Shown here: one piece after another, positions 1-22,693 of the stretch | Layout of the letters: each line of letters begins with the position of its first letter | Numbering within the stretch: the stretch's first letter is position 1 | DNA from: Klebsormidium nitens | Taxonomy: Eukaryota; Plantae; Klebsormidiophyceae | NCBI GenBank assembly: GCA_000708835.1 | Contig: DF237022.1 | Location: 164,237-228,236 of the forward strand | DNA length: 64,000 nucleotides | Reading direction: 5' to 3' | The notes under the pieces: model-generated | What the model saw: only the letters and a program-made list of their open reading frames with translations | What the model was told of the DNA's origin: nothing | Database searches by the model: none | Position numbers and translations under genes: made by a program

Positions 1-142
1 CAGGTGGGCGATGAGCGGCGACGGCCACGAGATGATGGATTGTGTCAATCTCGACCACGGCGAGGAGCCGCACGTCCTGGAGCTGACCCAGGAATTGCAG
101 TCCCTTCACAGCTCGGGAGGACTTCCACGGTTAGGGTCATAA
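1..142 (+). CDS. 3' end of an upstream gene (partial, unidentified)
   Basis: GC3-rich frame ...WAMSGDGHEMMDCVNLDHGEEPHVLELTQELQSLHSSGGLPRLGS ending at TAA 140-142. No family recognised. Confidence 0.3.
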   Translation, partial: RWAMSGDGHEMMDCVNLDHGEEPHVLELTQELQSLHSSGGLPRLGS

Positions 143-489
143 CCCATGGGGTATCAAGCAAACCTCGGTTTCGCCCCTGCGGTGAGTTGCGCCGGGTTTT
201 CAGGAGTTTCGTTGGTTAGAAGTTTTATTTGCAGCTCTGGCAAGTCTTTCCGGTTGGGTTTCGGATTGCCCGATTTAGAAGCAAACTCTGTTTTTCTCTC
301 CACAGTGAGTGATCTTTGTCTCGCTGACTGATTCGGGCTTTTGTGAGGTCCATCTACGAACGCTACGACTACAAACGCCTGGCCTTGAAAGAGGCGGAAA
401 GTGTTAGTCTGAAGAATGCATACCAAGGCTTTTGTGGCAGCCCAGTGGAATGTCTCGGTTGCCGAGCTTAGTATGGTCGCCCCCTGGGC

Positions 490-1190
490 ATCATTGGCCT
501 GCATTGGGCCGGCGACCAATTCGAATCAGAATGCGAAGGCAATCGCTTAGGCTTTGTTTGCTGGCTGAGAGTCCTTTCGCGGGCGTGTGAGAGTGCGCCT
601 TTCCATTTTTTGCTGCTGGAAAATGGTGCAGAAATCAACGTAATGGAGGAGAATGGTCGCACGGCGCTTCATGTTGCTGCAGTTTCAAGCCGTGATTCTT
701 TTTTTGATTGGTAGCTTTCTCAGGTCTGTGCGGGCAGAAATGGGTTTCAGGATCGTTGCTTCGGATGCAGGCTGCGATTCGATAAGGATTTTGAAGCAAT
801 CACTGAAATTGTGCCCCTTCTCAAGTTTGTCATCACATCCCGTCGAGCATAAGATTTAAGTTTCGCGTTTACAATTGAGCATCGGCTCACCCATCTAATA
901 GCGGCCTCGCTTACAAGCGGCACACTTCTATTGTATGCAGGTTTCGAGGGTGTCATCCTTGAAATGCCGCGACGACCGAAGTTTCCTTCCCTAGTTCGGC
1001 CGATCTGTCGGTCCTGCATGGAGCCGGGACCTGTATAGCATCCCCTCCTCCGATGATCATTTGCGAAGGTGACCAGAGATTGACGTCACGACATCCGCTA
1101 ATATACGCACAGGGCTGTACGCACAGGGCTGTAAACCACTGGCACCTAGCAGGCTGCACGCACCTGTAAAATACTTAGTCTGATCGAGTT
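490..1190 (+). pseudogene. Degenerate ankyrin-repeat gene remnant
   Basis: 604-714 reads FLLLENGAEINVMEENGRTALHVAAVSS..stop, matching the ankyrin consensus LL..GA.VN..D..G.TPLH.AA. Further broken motifs occur at ~492 (IGLHWAG) and ~1127-1160 (GCKPL-HLA with one extra G). No continuous ORF. Confidence 0.55.
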
Positions 1191-3329
1191 TGATTGGCGC
1201 CGCGCATGCTCGAGCGTGGTTATCTTGAGGCCTGGGGGTTCGAAATAAAACGCCTGGAGCTGAACGGCCAGTTTTGGCTTTGCGATGGCTTTGCATCACT
1301 GACAGAGATCCCGTCAAAATATAGGGCGTAATTCGCGTAGGCAGACCCGAAGAACATATGATCGGAGTGATAATCTGGGTATTTCGATCAACTGAGCGGG
1401 TTACAATCTGCTTGTCATCTCGGCATCGGTTGTTAGATCAAGGCAACAGACATGGTTAAAATAAATTGGGCCTGAGTCAAAATTGGACTCAACCATATTG
1501 GGAAACGGTACGCAGTGTTATAGAATCACCGAGTCAAGTGTAGGTATACGCAAGTGCCATTGGCACAGTCTAGCTAGGAGTGTGTTGCATATGATACTCA
1601 GGTACAACCTGCAAACTTAAAACAAAGATGCATTCAATGCATATGTTCCGAAGTTCAGATTGGGGTTTGGTTTGATCATTACAATCGAGGCTTGGATCCG
1701 ATATGATAATCGAGGTGTCAGTTTCTTTTTCATACATGATTGTGACCGTCGGTAATCCTCAACGGAGGCCGGCTAACTTTGCCATATTACAGTTTGTGGT
1801 ATTGAGGTCGATCCTTAATTATGCTTCAGTGTGTACCCTAAAGATCTTCATGCAGTGCAGAATCGATAGAATTGAAGTGCATCCATTCACGCGGTAGGCC
1901 TCGATCAGCCGGCCTAATTGCCCGCGACCTCGGCGTGTGGGGCCGGGCAACCCCGGACCCCGGCGCCGTCGACTATAGTCACGACACTCGGCCGCGGGCA
2001 TGCATGTGACTTCAAAGACCTACGATATGTAATTCATTTGTCGGTAAGGCGCAGCTGGTGTCACCAGATTACCTCATGCGCAGTTTGCGTGTATGAGTTT
2101 CCCCTTGAAGAATTAGAGTACGTCCGTTGTGTCCGCCTGCGTCCATGCCATAGCAATAGGTTTGTTGAAATGGACTGCATTCTTCATTCATCTAGCTTGT
2201 CATTGTCACTTTTGTCCTGTCCTCTGCATACCGTACTAATCTGTATATACGGAAAAAGCTTGTCAAACCTGGCTAACGATGGCGCGGCCTGCTCTGAATC
2301 TTTGATTGGATTAGAGTCGGAACCGCTTAAAAGCTGGAATCGCAAATTGTATAATTGAGCGTCCAGTCTGCTTCTTGCTAGGCATGTGAATCCGATCATT
2401 ATACGATAATTAAAGGGTGATCACGCATTATGATGCCCTACTATACAGAGCTCAGTATTGCATTGTGACACTTGGAAGCCTGATCGGATGGAACATGTTT
2501 CTGATCGACTTCTTCTTCGGATATCGAACTTGCAATTTCAGGGACCGCAAGTGGTGAGAATGCCTTCCGCTCCGCCAATGATTTGTATATATCAGAACCG
2601 TTCAACGCGTCCTTTCTTGCTAGATTCCGGAGGACAAAGCGCGCAAAAGCCTGAGCTTGTTCGTATACAGTTGTGTAAGCTGCACATCTAGATACGAATG
2701 TGCTCTTCATCCTCAGTTTTCCGGCAAGCATTTGCAAAATGTACACAGTCTACTCGCTCGAGTGACACCTTTGCCATCCTCCTGTCTCGACCGTCGAGCA
2801 CAGAAATCTGCATGGTCCGGTCATACACCTCATGTTCTGTATGTTCGAAACCTCAAGGCTCGCGCCATTATGTGTCTTTCTAAGTTCGGTCGTTGATTAT
2901 TGCATCATATCCATCATTCATCGGATGTATTTTTGGTCAAAGATGGGGTCAATTTGCCAGGTGCTCCGCACTGCTTTGAAACATATGCATACCACCCGCA
3001 ATGCTGCTTCACCTCAAGTTTGAATCTCCGCACGAGCCGCATTTCAGCGCACCGAACATGGGCCTAACATACCCCGTACCACCCGCATTGTATGGTGCAT
3101 CAGAGTGCTGGGTTGGACTAATGTGGCAAGAGCAGATTTGGTTATGCGGTAGCTAGGCCTTCAGAAGTGAAACATTGTATGCCATGGAGGCTTAATTATG
3201 GCCCATGTCACTGGCCACATCGTCTTTGAATCAAGAGAACATCGTGCGGCCCAGCAGGTCACAGCACTTTCCGGCAATCAAAACAACATGGTCCTTCCGA
3301 CCTGGCCGAGCCAACCAGTTCGTTAGGTA

Positions 3330-3506
3330 CCGGTAACTCTCGTGTGACCTAACGGGCGTGTGACCTAAGATACGAATCACCCGGGCACTTCAAACTAAAA
3401 CCCTAACCCAGATTATCACCCGCTCCGCACCCCAACCCACCCTAACCACCATACCAAACCCACCCGTCCCCCGGGTGCCTTGCTTAGGTCACACGAGAGT
3501 TATCGG
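3330..3506. mobile_element. Short inverted-repeat-bounded element (MITE-like) with telomere-like interior
   Basis: TAACTCTCGTGTGACCTAA (3334-3352) is the exact reverse complement of TTAGGTCACACGAGAGTTA (3484-3502), extending to 23 bp with 1 mismatch. The interior is C-rich with TAAAACCCTAACCC and CCCTAACC. No clear target-site duplication. Confidence 0.4.
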
Positions 3507-4379
3507 AGTGTTCGATCGTTACCGTACTCGAAGAGGGCATGCAGTGCGCCGGCGAAAGCTTCGGTTCATCGAAACGACGTGTAAGTGCAAGCTTCCCTTC
3601 CGACGTTGACGTTACTTGGAATAGACTTACCAGATGGTACTTACCGCGCGGCAGCCTACAGTCACTGTGAGATTTCCAGTGCAGTCACTGATTACTTTTC
3701 ACCAATTAATATCCCCTGCTCTTAAACATTTGTCCGACAGGGAGCCGGGCATACCAGGGCAAGCTGGTCGGCTCACTCCGCCTGGCACGTGGCCGTTGAT
3801 TCTACTCACACTAGCTGGGCGACAAAGCTTGTTGGAGAGCACCGGACGGAGCAAAATAATCTTGCCTCGATAGCGATTCACGCGTTCAGCTTGAACAGTG
3901 AACCGGTCTCAGCTCGTCTCAAACATTGCAAAAACAAGAGTCATAACGCCACTTCTTGGCAGGTACGCTCGTAGCCTCGCAACTTCGAGTTATGTAAACC
4001 ATTCGTGTCACATGCTGCTAGTGCCAGAAGTCGACACACGTCGTTTTTCGTGGCGTTCTCGGGCTCTGCCAACCACAGAGGCTCAGCGGCCGCGGTTGCT
4101 TTAGCAGCGTGTCTCATTCAACTTCAGTAATCTGTGTTATGTCAATACCCTCATCGCCCGTCGTAACCATCCTTATTAAATCGTAGTTGAGACGTAGCCT
4201 CTCTCGTAATTTCTGTCGTTAAATCCTCCGTTTTTCCGCGGGCTTTGAATGACCGCTCCGCTCTGCAGTGTCAGTTACATGAAGAACCTGATATGCAAGG
4301 TCGCCGAAAGGGCAGAAATCTCTGTTTCCAACATATCAATTGGTGGTTCCAGGCCTTAGCTCGCCCTTAACCCTTGGGG

Positions 4380-7300
4380 TTAGCCCGCCCATTCCTCCCG
4401 GTTCAGCCCTTCCCCGGGCCCTTTCTCCGGGTCCTCGAACCCCGCCCGTTCGCCCAGCGCCTCTACCGACTCCACCAAAAAACGTAACCCCGCTACGCAC
4501 TCGATCAGAGTCGACGCAAACTTCACGAGCGACATCGCACACACTCGTTCCAACGTGCCGTCGTAGTGGGTATCCGCATAGTTATCTACAAACCCAGTTC
4601 TTAACCCTGGGTTATCCCCCCCGCCCATTTGCGCCCGGTTTCCGCCCCCGGTGTAGCCTTCCGAGGCCTCGGCCAGTCTTTGCCGGCTCAAAAGAAGAAC
4701 CGCTTCTGAGCCGTCTTCTGACGTTTGGTCGCTTCCACTGTCCGAGCACTCCTCCGATTCGTCTCCCCCGACCGCATTCCCACCGCCGTTAAAGCAGGAG
4801 TAACGCCCCGGCGAGTCGCCTCCCGACTTCCCCAGATCAACCGCCCTCAGATCGCCCGACCTCAAATCGCCCACGTCTCTCAGCCCCTTTGCCCACTCCC
4901 TCTCATTTTCTCCACAAGCTGCTCGGGATTCCTTCCCGGTTCGTTCCGGCGAGCTTCGACTGCTCTCCTCTCCTTTCTTTGGGCTCTCCTGAAAAACGCC
5001 CACGTCTGCCCCTCTTACTTCCTCATCCTCTCGGTTGACACCCCCGACGAATTGCTTCTCCCCCGGTTTCGACAGACCCTCAATATCGTTCTTCGGTGCG
5101 TCCCTGTCCATAAGCAGGCGGTGCGCGTTGTCGAATAAACGCATTTGCAGGCGCAGCGCGGCGATCTCCGCCTGTTGAAGCGCCTCGTGAAGCGCGAACC
5201 GGCGCATGTCTTTCAGGCTCCGGTGGAGGAGTCGCAGGACGTTCCCGATCTGCAGCAGTAAGCGTCAGCTATCAAGGTTACAAACGCTGTGCGGTTTTGC
5301 ACGCGTAGAATTCTACCCAGCTTCGCAAACAAGAAGGTTTCGCCACATTTCAAGGATTCGGGCCAGTGGTTTCTGGACGCTTCCGATCTGCAACCGAGCG
5401 CGTTTGAGTTGCAGGGTTTCCTGAGAAACTGTTGACGTCACTTTCTAAATCGTAAAAACTATATGGCGCGAAAAGCCTGAGTTGGATATGTAAGAGCTTC
5501 TCAAATGCGTGAAGAGTCTGCAAGATCCGAAACAGAAAGCGCAGGACAATTTCTGTCGGAATCGTTTGGGCCACTGTACGTAAAAGGACCTGTGTCAAAC
5601 CTGGCGACTCGCGCTTTCTCGAGCCCAAGAATACCTTAATAAGTTAAGCCATCTTCAAAGTTCACGAATGCTTGAGATTCTTCATGGTGCGGAAATGATA
5701 GCACTTTTATGACGTGCAAGCATCATCCTGACCTTCTTTTCGAAATATCTGACAGATGTGCAAGGTGATCTTTCCCCTGAGTTCCGTTTGTTTTTCCTGT
5801 CGTGTTCTGTTTACTGCTTCGTTTCCAAACGTACGAAGTAACGCGCAAGCTCAGGGTGCGCAAGGATCGAGCGGCCTTCGCTAGTGCCCACGTTTCAAGA
5901 GTACCGAGAAAGCTGCCAGCGAGGATCGATCTGCGCAATCTCTTCGCGCAAAGCATGAGCTTGGGTGGATGCCCGTGCGGCCTTAACCATAAGATGAAGT
6001 GGATAACAAAAGGGCTGACTTTTGCCATAGCTCTGACGTCTGATTCTTACTGAACAAAGCTGGGTCATTCGCTTACCGTAAGCGGACGGTCGCACATGAG
6101 CTCACCTCTTTACCAACCATTGTCATCTCCTGGGCAAAGATATCGCGCAGAAGTTTGGGCGCCTGGATCTCCGCGCGCAGACAGCTGTCCAGCGAGATGA
6201 TGACGTAGACCGTGTAGCGCAGGTTGTCGGTGACGTCACCGTACAGCTCCCAGGGGTAGCGCCCCGTGAACTTGCCGTGGCGCGGCTCCCACGAGATGAC
6301 GCCCATCTGCGGAGCCAACGAAAAGCGGACACGTGGCGTTATTTCATATGTGGTGTATTGGTTCGAAGAGATACTACTTGCAATTGAGGGAAAAGGGCAG
6401 GGCCCAGCTGCAAATATCTGAAAAAGGAGCTTTCTGCTTCTAGAAAAGGCAGGGCCTGTGGCAAGCAAGACATGCGTACTTGAATTTGCCGCATTGGGCC
6501 TGACATCCGCTTGGTAAGGGACCATCACAAGGTCATCGTTCTCCTCTTTTCGGGGACGGCGGTTAGCGCCACCTTTTGCGGATCGAAATAGAAGCATAGA
6601 CGAACTTTTTGATTAAACGGTTGCTTTTCCACGGAAGTCACAAAGAAAAGGTGCGAGTCCTAAAGTGAGGCTTAATGAAACGGGTAGGATAGATTCAGGG
6701 CCAAAGAGAACGGGTCAATGTGAGTACGACGCAGCTGCAAGCATCGCTATTTGTCCCCCTCTGTCGACGTCCGACTCAGGTTTCCTTGATTGCAAGATCG
6801 TTGACACCTGGATTCTTCCCAACTTTAACACCTCGTCAATGTCTCATAAGGTTTATAGGCTGCAATAACATCTTGCGAATCATCAGTTGACACGTGTCTG
6901 GACCTCACCATTTTGTCGACCTCCGACTCGGACATGACGATTCCGTGGTACAGACTGTGCAACTGGTCCTCGATCTTCTTCCCGGCAAGGATCTCGGGAA
7001 CCGGGTCCAATTCGGTGCCTTTCGCGTACTCCTCCACGCATCTGCGAACGGATCGCACCAAAGGTGGGGATTCATTGGAGACTAATGTGAGCGTTATCAT
7101 AGAGTTTCGAGCTTTGAGAAAGCGGTTACATTGAGTCCCGTTCCGATACTTTCTTACACACCCGCGAAGGCTCTCCCCGAACGACATCAGGATAGCAGTC
7201 GGAACTTGCAGACGTTTGACACTCAGGCAAAGTGTTCCTAAGCGAACTTGTTTCAGGACTTTCCCCAGAATATGGAGAAGAATAGCAAACGAGAAGCTCC

Positions 7301-9553
7301 TCTCCTAAAGCTGTTTCAACGATGCGTCCGCCATTTGGCGTCACTGATCAGGTTCTCTATACGCTCTCATAAAAAGGTTCTGACCAGACGTTCTCCAAAT
7401 CTGAGCTCACTGAGACTTCCTTTGTGCATCCAGGATGCACTCTACGTGTCGACAACAATCTCTCGCTGGCCGCTTGAATCCACCAAGTCAGCGACGCAAC
7501 ATCTTCTCGGTGGCTCATGCTTGAGGCTTAAAAGTTTTGGAGGCCTCTTATCAGGCACGCGAGAAAGCAAACGGGTGATACTTCAACCGGAGTAGCGCCC
7601 CCCTCCCGTTCAGATATTTTACTTGGGACTCTATCTCGAAGACCTCAGCAAAAAGCCTGCCTGAGTTCTCTGCCTACTTTCACGGGACTTTGAGTCTAGT
7701 AGCCGATCTCAGCGTTCAATATGCTTGAAAACTTGTAACTTGAGCCTTGTTCAAAGACCTCTGAGGATGAATTTTCTCAAGGAGAAAACCCACTTTTCGG
7801 CCACGTCAGCAGCCGTCTTGAAGTTCTTGCTGACCAGCGCGTGCAGATTGTCGCCGGCAAAGTTGGGCTTGACCATCAAATTCACGACGGCCGCCAATAC
7901 GAACCCTCCCACGATTGTCAGGAAACGCGCCATCGGCATTTTGATTGCCTCCCCCGCCTGCTTATAGCCGCCCAGGATAAGCAGGTGGGCGGTTATGGTC
8001 GCCTGCACGAACATGAGGAGACTTAGGGGCTGACATATCGCTCGGAATAAGCTAAGGAAACGGACACGGAGATTGAAAAATGCGCTTTCCCGGTTCCGGC
8101 GTTCGTCGTAAGTACTCGGTGCTGACTGCGAATCCTAGAAGGCTCACGCTATGGCTTGTTTCGAATAAGAGTCTTGTTGAATCTGTGCGGAGCAGGTCAG
8201 CATCGATGTCGCTTTGGGTCTTGCACAAAAAAACCGAATGCTGAGATCATATGGTTCTATCGCTCTCAAAATTGTACATGAAGTAACATTCAAGGGCGAA
8301 GACTCTCCTGTTTATCACTTTGTAGAGGCAAAAGGTCGGATCAAGGACAGAGGAGGATAATAGCTCGATCGAAAGTGGACTTATGTAAAATGGAAGGGAG
8401 ACCGTTGGGAAGATAGAAACATAAATAGGATAGACACAGAGCAATGACAGGAAGCAGAGAGGGAAGGAAGTGAGAGACAGACAAAGAGGTAGAAAGAAGC
8501 AATGACGACAGGAGATGGAAACGAAGTTCATATAAGATGGCAATGGAAACTCCACGCACAACAAGGAAAGACGAAGACAGGAGTTGGAGGGAGTAGACTC
8601 ACCATAGAACACGCGTAGTTCCACTGGTCTTTCAGCGGCGAACTGAAGCGCAAATACACTGGAATCCAGGTCGTCGTGAATATGCTCAGCAGTACGAAGT
8701 AGGGCTCAAAGGCGCCCAACAGCGGCGCGGTTCGGTTAACCGCAAGCGCTAACCCGCCCGCAATCACGGTGCCCATGATCCGGTTAAACCCCTTGTTTAG
8801 CGACGTTCCGATGTTGCTCTCGTAAACCAGAGCTGCCGTAATAACCGCCCAGACTCCGAACCCCTGGAAGATTTTCCGCAGGGGTTCGACGACGATCAGA
8901 AGCGACGCGAGACAGCATGTGAACCCGACTTTGCTGGCCAGGATCGCGGTCTTCTTCTCCCACCGGAGGGTTTTCACACCGCCCCCCCAGGCCCTCTGCT
9001 TCAGACTGTGAACAGCCCCGACGAGCGCTTTCCGTGTCAGCCCAATCCGGGGGATCCCCCAAACCGACCGGTTACTCCTTAACCGGGCGGTATCCGAGTC
9101 AGCATCCAGTAGATTCTGGCCCTCTTCCAGCTCGGGGATCTCGCTCGGCCGTCGACTGACAGACGGGACGAAACTTGAAGTTTCTCCCGGCTCTAGTTGC
9201 GAGCTCCACTCCACAGCTGAACCAGCGACGGATCCAGCTCGGCTCCTGTACTTCCTGTGCTGGCTGCGCCCGAGGATCCCCCGAACCGACCCCAAAATGG
9301 CAGAAGACCGCCTGCTCAAACCGCCCGGGAGGGGGATCCCCGAGTCCTGGCGAGCTGAGTTTTGGCGCGAGAACTGTGGTGGGGGTTTTGAGAAGCTGTT
9401 GTTTGAGCGGTTGGGAAGTTTGGGAGACGGTTCTGCGGTGGGGGCAAACCTTGAGGGTTCTGGAGCAACATCGGTGACGGGAGGAGGAACTAGAGAGGGA
9501 AGAGGTCTTGGCGGGGTTGGGGATTCAGGAGTGGCGTCTACTGGCGGGGACAT
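4380..9553 (-). CDS. ALMT: Aluminium-activated malate transporter (ALMT) family anion channel, 5 exons (9553-8603, 8002-7794, 7041-6909, 6306-6106, 5249-4380)
   Basis: TM region (WAVITAALVYESNIGTSLNKGFNRIMGTVIAGGLAL), WEP motif (SWEPRHGKFTGRYPW), LRAEIQAP, and C-terminal SLVKFASTLIECVAGLRFLVESVEAL. All junctions are GT-AG with consistent phase. Confidence 0.93.
5340..5560 (-). repeat. Degenerate copies of the ALMT last-exon 5' junction inside intron 4
   Basis: GGACGCTTCCGATCTGCA (5375-5392) versus the real GGACGTTCCCGATCTGCA (5237-5254). A second copy lies around GCAGGAC 5541. Spacings are 138 and 169 bp. Confidence 0.6.
7130..7190 (-). repeat. Degenerate copy of the ALMT exon 3 5' end in intron 2
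   Basis: Minus frame ESLRGCVRKYRNGTQ versus the junction-spanning reading RSVRRCVEEYAKGTE, about 120 bp upstream of the real acceptor. Confidence 0.5.
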
Positions 9554-11087
9554 GGTTGCACCCTTGTTTTTGTTGCTGATGCTATTACATTTTTTTGTCA
9601 GTTGTGACTTAAAGGAGACCGTAGCAATCCTTAGAGTACATCGGCCGGAATGGCTTATAGGAGAACGTGTCTAGATCAGCTCTTCATTAACGATGGGGTT
9701 CGATCAGATTGGTGCCTGAGTTTCACAGTATTAAGGGGCACTGCTCAGCAGCTCAACAGCTTGATTGTTCTGAGCTGTGCGGCCGCTGTAGGCTAATATT
9801 ACAAACTGCTGCTTTGCTAGTTACAAATGGAAGCGGGGGGAAAGCAGCTCAAGCTCTAAGCAAGTTCTGCTCTGCTTAGACACATTTATTTGATGAGTCA
9901 ATGATCACCTTAGCCTCAAAACCTCAGCGTGCGCCTTCTGACTCTCCAGAGCTACGCATTCGTGCGGTTTGACCTTGTGTCCTCCTGGCACCCCCAGTTG
10001 AAGATGCTTTGTCTAAACTGCCTAGTCTAAACTCCAGAGAGCGGAGTCCGCTGCTTACATTTCTTAGATGGTCACTTCTTTCTATAGGAAATAGGTATAT
10101 CTATACACGCTCAGGCACCTAGATTACAACCGCAGCTTGAAATTAGCACAATGATGACACGAAGAATGCCTCCAGGATTTGCTACTTCTCATATCATGAT
10201 AAGCAAAGGAGCCCTTCCTGTTGACATCAGTTGCTGAAACCCAATAAAAGTGGATAAAAGGCGTCTTAGTCTTGTTTGGAAACCACGTTCACGGTTCTAC
10301 CCAGCCTGGCAAGACTAACCAGAGCCAGAGTAACCGTAAACCAAGCTGTTAGGCGCGCGCACAAGGTAGAATTTTGTATTCCTGCCGTCCATTGTCCAAT
10401 ACTAAAAGATCGACTGTCCTAGTTTGCTGCCGTGTTACTTTGGCTGTTGGAATTTGTAGCGACTTCCCGACCAGAGCGCTGCCTAAAACGTCGCCGGAAT
10501 CGTGCTTGCTTGCTTGCAAATGCAATGCCTGTGGAGGAATTGGAGCATTTCAATTTCCATTGGCATTGGAAAAGAAAACTGAAAAGGAGAGGCATGCAGG
10601 CAGCTGAGAGCTCGTTTGTCCTGATTGGAAGTTTGAAGCGACATGGAGCTATCCTGAGCAGGGCTTAGAGGATCCATTTGTGGAACGACAGAATCATCCT
10701 CTTCATCGACGATTACTGCAAAGAATTACACCACTGCAGGAGCGAAGGAATATAGACAAAGCAGAGGTTATGCATAGTGTCAATTGGCGCAGCTGCTGGT
10801 CAACTGAGTGCACCTATGAGGAATGGAGATCAAGTGAGCACCAAAGAAACTATGGAGGGATTTAGATATTTTCTTCGTGAGCAGCGGTGGTATACACTCT
10901 GGTTAGCTTTGTCTTCTGTGAACAATTCAACCCATGGCATCAAGAAAGTGTTCAGTGAGGTAAATTAGGAGACTGCCTTCAATCAAGCAGCCTTGAAAGC
11001 CCCTCAAAAGCTTAAGCCTGTTCTCTGATACCACCTATTAGTCACCTGATTAACTGAGCAAGTGGAGAAAGTCTAGACCGTTCCAAA

Positions 11088-21202
<10,115 letters not shown>

Positions 21203-21894
21203 TGAGATAGTTCGCAGTCAAGCATTGGCATTGCTTTAGCGCACGCAGGTGGCTGCCAGGGGGGGTGCATGTCGGAAGCGAGTGGCCACAGTAAATGTTT
21301 CAGCATCCTTGCAATTGATGGTACTGGAACGTCGGGTATCATGAGCCGCCTTCACATCGTCTCTCGTGGTTTGATGCAGTGACCTGCAATGATGACGGTA
21401 TACCCTGAAGCGAGCCTGGATTAAGAAGTTATGCACCATGAACATTTGCATGCCCGGTACAGAATGGCACTGCGATTGCTTATTTCTGCATGTCTGGTAA
21501 ATGCAAATCGATTGCATTTGTCTAGACCGTCTGAGAGATCGAGCTGTGCATGAATTCATGGACATGTGGCGGGCGAGCCCGCAAGCCAAGGTGGCATGCC
21601 TAAATATTGGCAATTGAACATGCTGCAGGCCCGGCAAGAGGACATATCGAGACTCGCGAGTATGCCAGCCATCATTGCATGCCAAATGCTGGCAGTGGTC
21701 GATCTTTCAGTCATTGATATAGTACCCAATAGCCCACAATTTACGTTTGTTAAGATCTGGGCCGCGACTAAGTTCAAAAATACAAGCTAGTGCCGTGGGT
21801 CACAGTATCGCTGTCTATCAATCTATAATGTACACCCGTCTCATAAACCGCGCAGCACCTACTGAAATCAAAAGAGCGCCGTAACCCGTGCTGG

Positions 21895-22693
21895 TCAACC
21901 TACAAGCTGCCTAACCAACTCTTGGTCCTGAGCTTCCTGATCGCCCAGGCTCTTCAGAGGACCGTCACTGCCCCAACTCACAAGACTGGGCACGCCTCTG
22001 ATAAACTGGGACAGCTTTGGATCTGTTCTTAGTGGGTGAGATGGGTCTCTCCATGTTGGACGGTCTCCGACATAGACCCGTAGAAGGTTGATGTGCTTTG
22101 AGGAAGCGGCGAGGGATTTGAGGATCTCAGGCTCCCCACGCACACAGTCTGCGGTTTAGAGCAAAGCAGCTTCTTGTAACAGATGCAATATCCTCATCAT
22201 TATCCTCAACCAAGCTTCAGGGCCATGTTCAAATGAAACCTGATTGTACTTCATGTTTGTCCCCTCAACGGCTAGATGCAACGCTTCTTTGCTTGCTATT
22301 GACAAGCCAGCTCATTTGCTGAATGCACACATCTCGAATCGAGTGACCTCCGATACAAATTAAGTAAACAGGTCCCTCCTAATAAGAGAGGAGATCTTCC
22401 TTGCGGCGATTCGTCAATATAGGCGTAGACTTTCAACATGTTCACAGGCACCCGACTATTCTGCCTCTTAAGATAACAACTGCCGAAAGCAAAGCTTCCA
22501 AAGCATCCTTGTAACCAGCATTGGTCACAAGTCTGAAATTGAGTTGTGCCTTACCAGGGCACCAGCTTGGTTTGTCCTCTGCAACGGGGCTTCCCAGGAA
22601 AAGGACATATAGATGACGTGCGCCGCTCAGTTCTTCCAGCATTGGATTCAGTTGCGATGCTGATGGGGCTGTAAGGACTTTTGTTAGCACCAT
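21895..22693 (-). CDS. TXNDC17: Thioredoxin-related protein 14 kDa (DUF953), 2 exons (22693-22555, 22148-21895)
   Basis: The spliced product has the WCPDC active site (SWCP G|AC TGT), followed by VYVGDRPTWRDPSHPLRTDPKL and GVPSLVSW, typical of TRP14. Confidence 0.92.

Noticed and set aside
1900-2005. GC-rich imperfect hairpin (TGCCCGCG...CGCGGGCA) as a Helitron or TE end; similar GC patches at ~28485, ~36480 and ~60315
   Set aside because: The stems are short and there is no diagnostic CTRR terminus or shared flanks. They are more simply explained as promoter GC islands.
4340-4792. Pro-rich plus-strand ORF
   Set aside because: It is the antisense shadow of the ALMT last exon.
10680-10865. 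Protein-like fragment (WNDRIILFIDDY...) upstream of FAN
   Set aside because: It is short, has no supporting splice structure, and matches no recognisable family.
21236-21790. ORFs downstream of FAN as a transposase fragment
   Set aside because: No catalytic motifs were recognised; this is TGCA/CATG-rich non-coding-like sequence.
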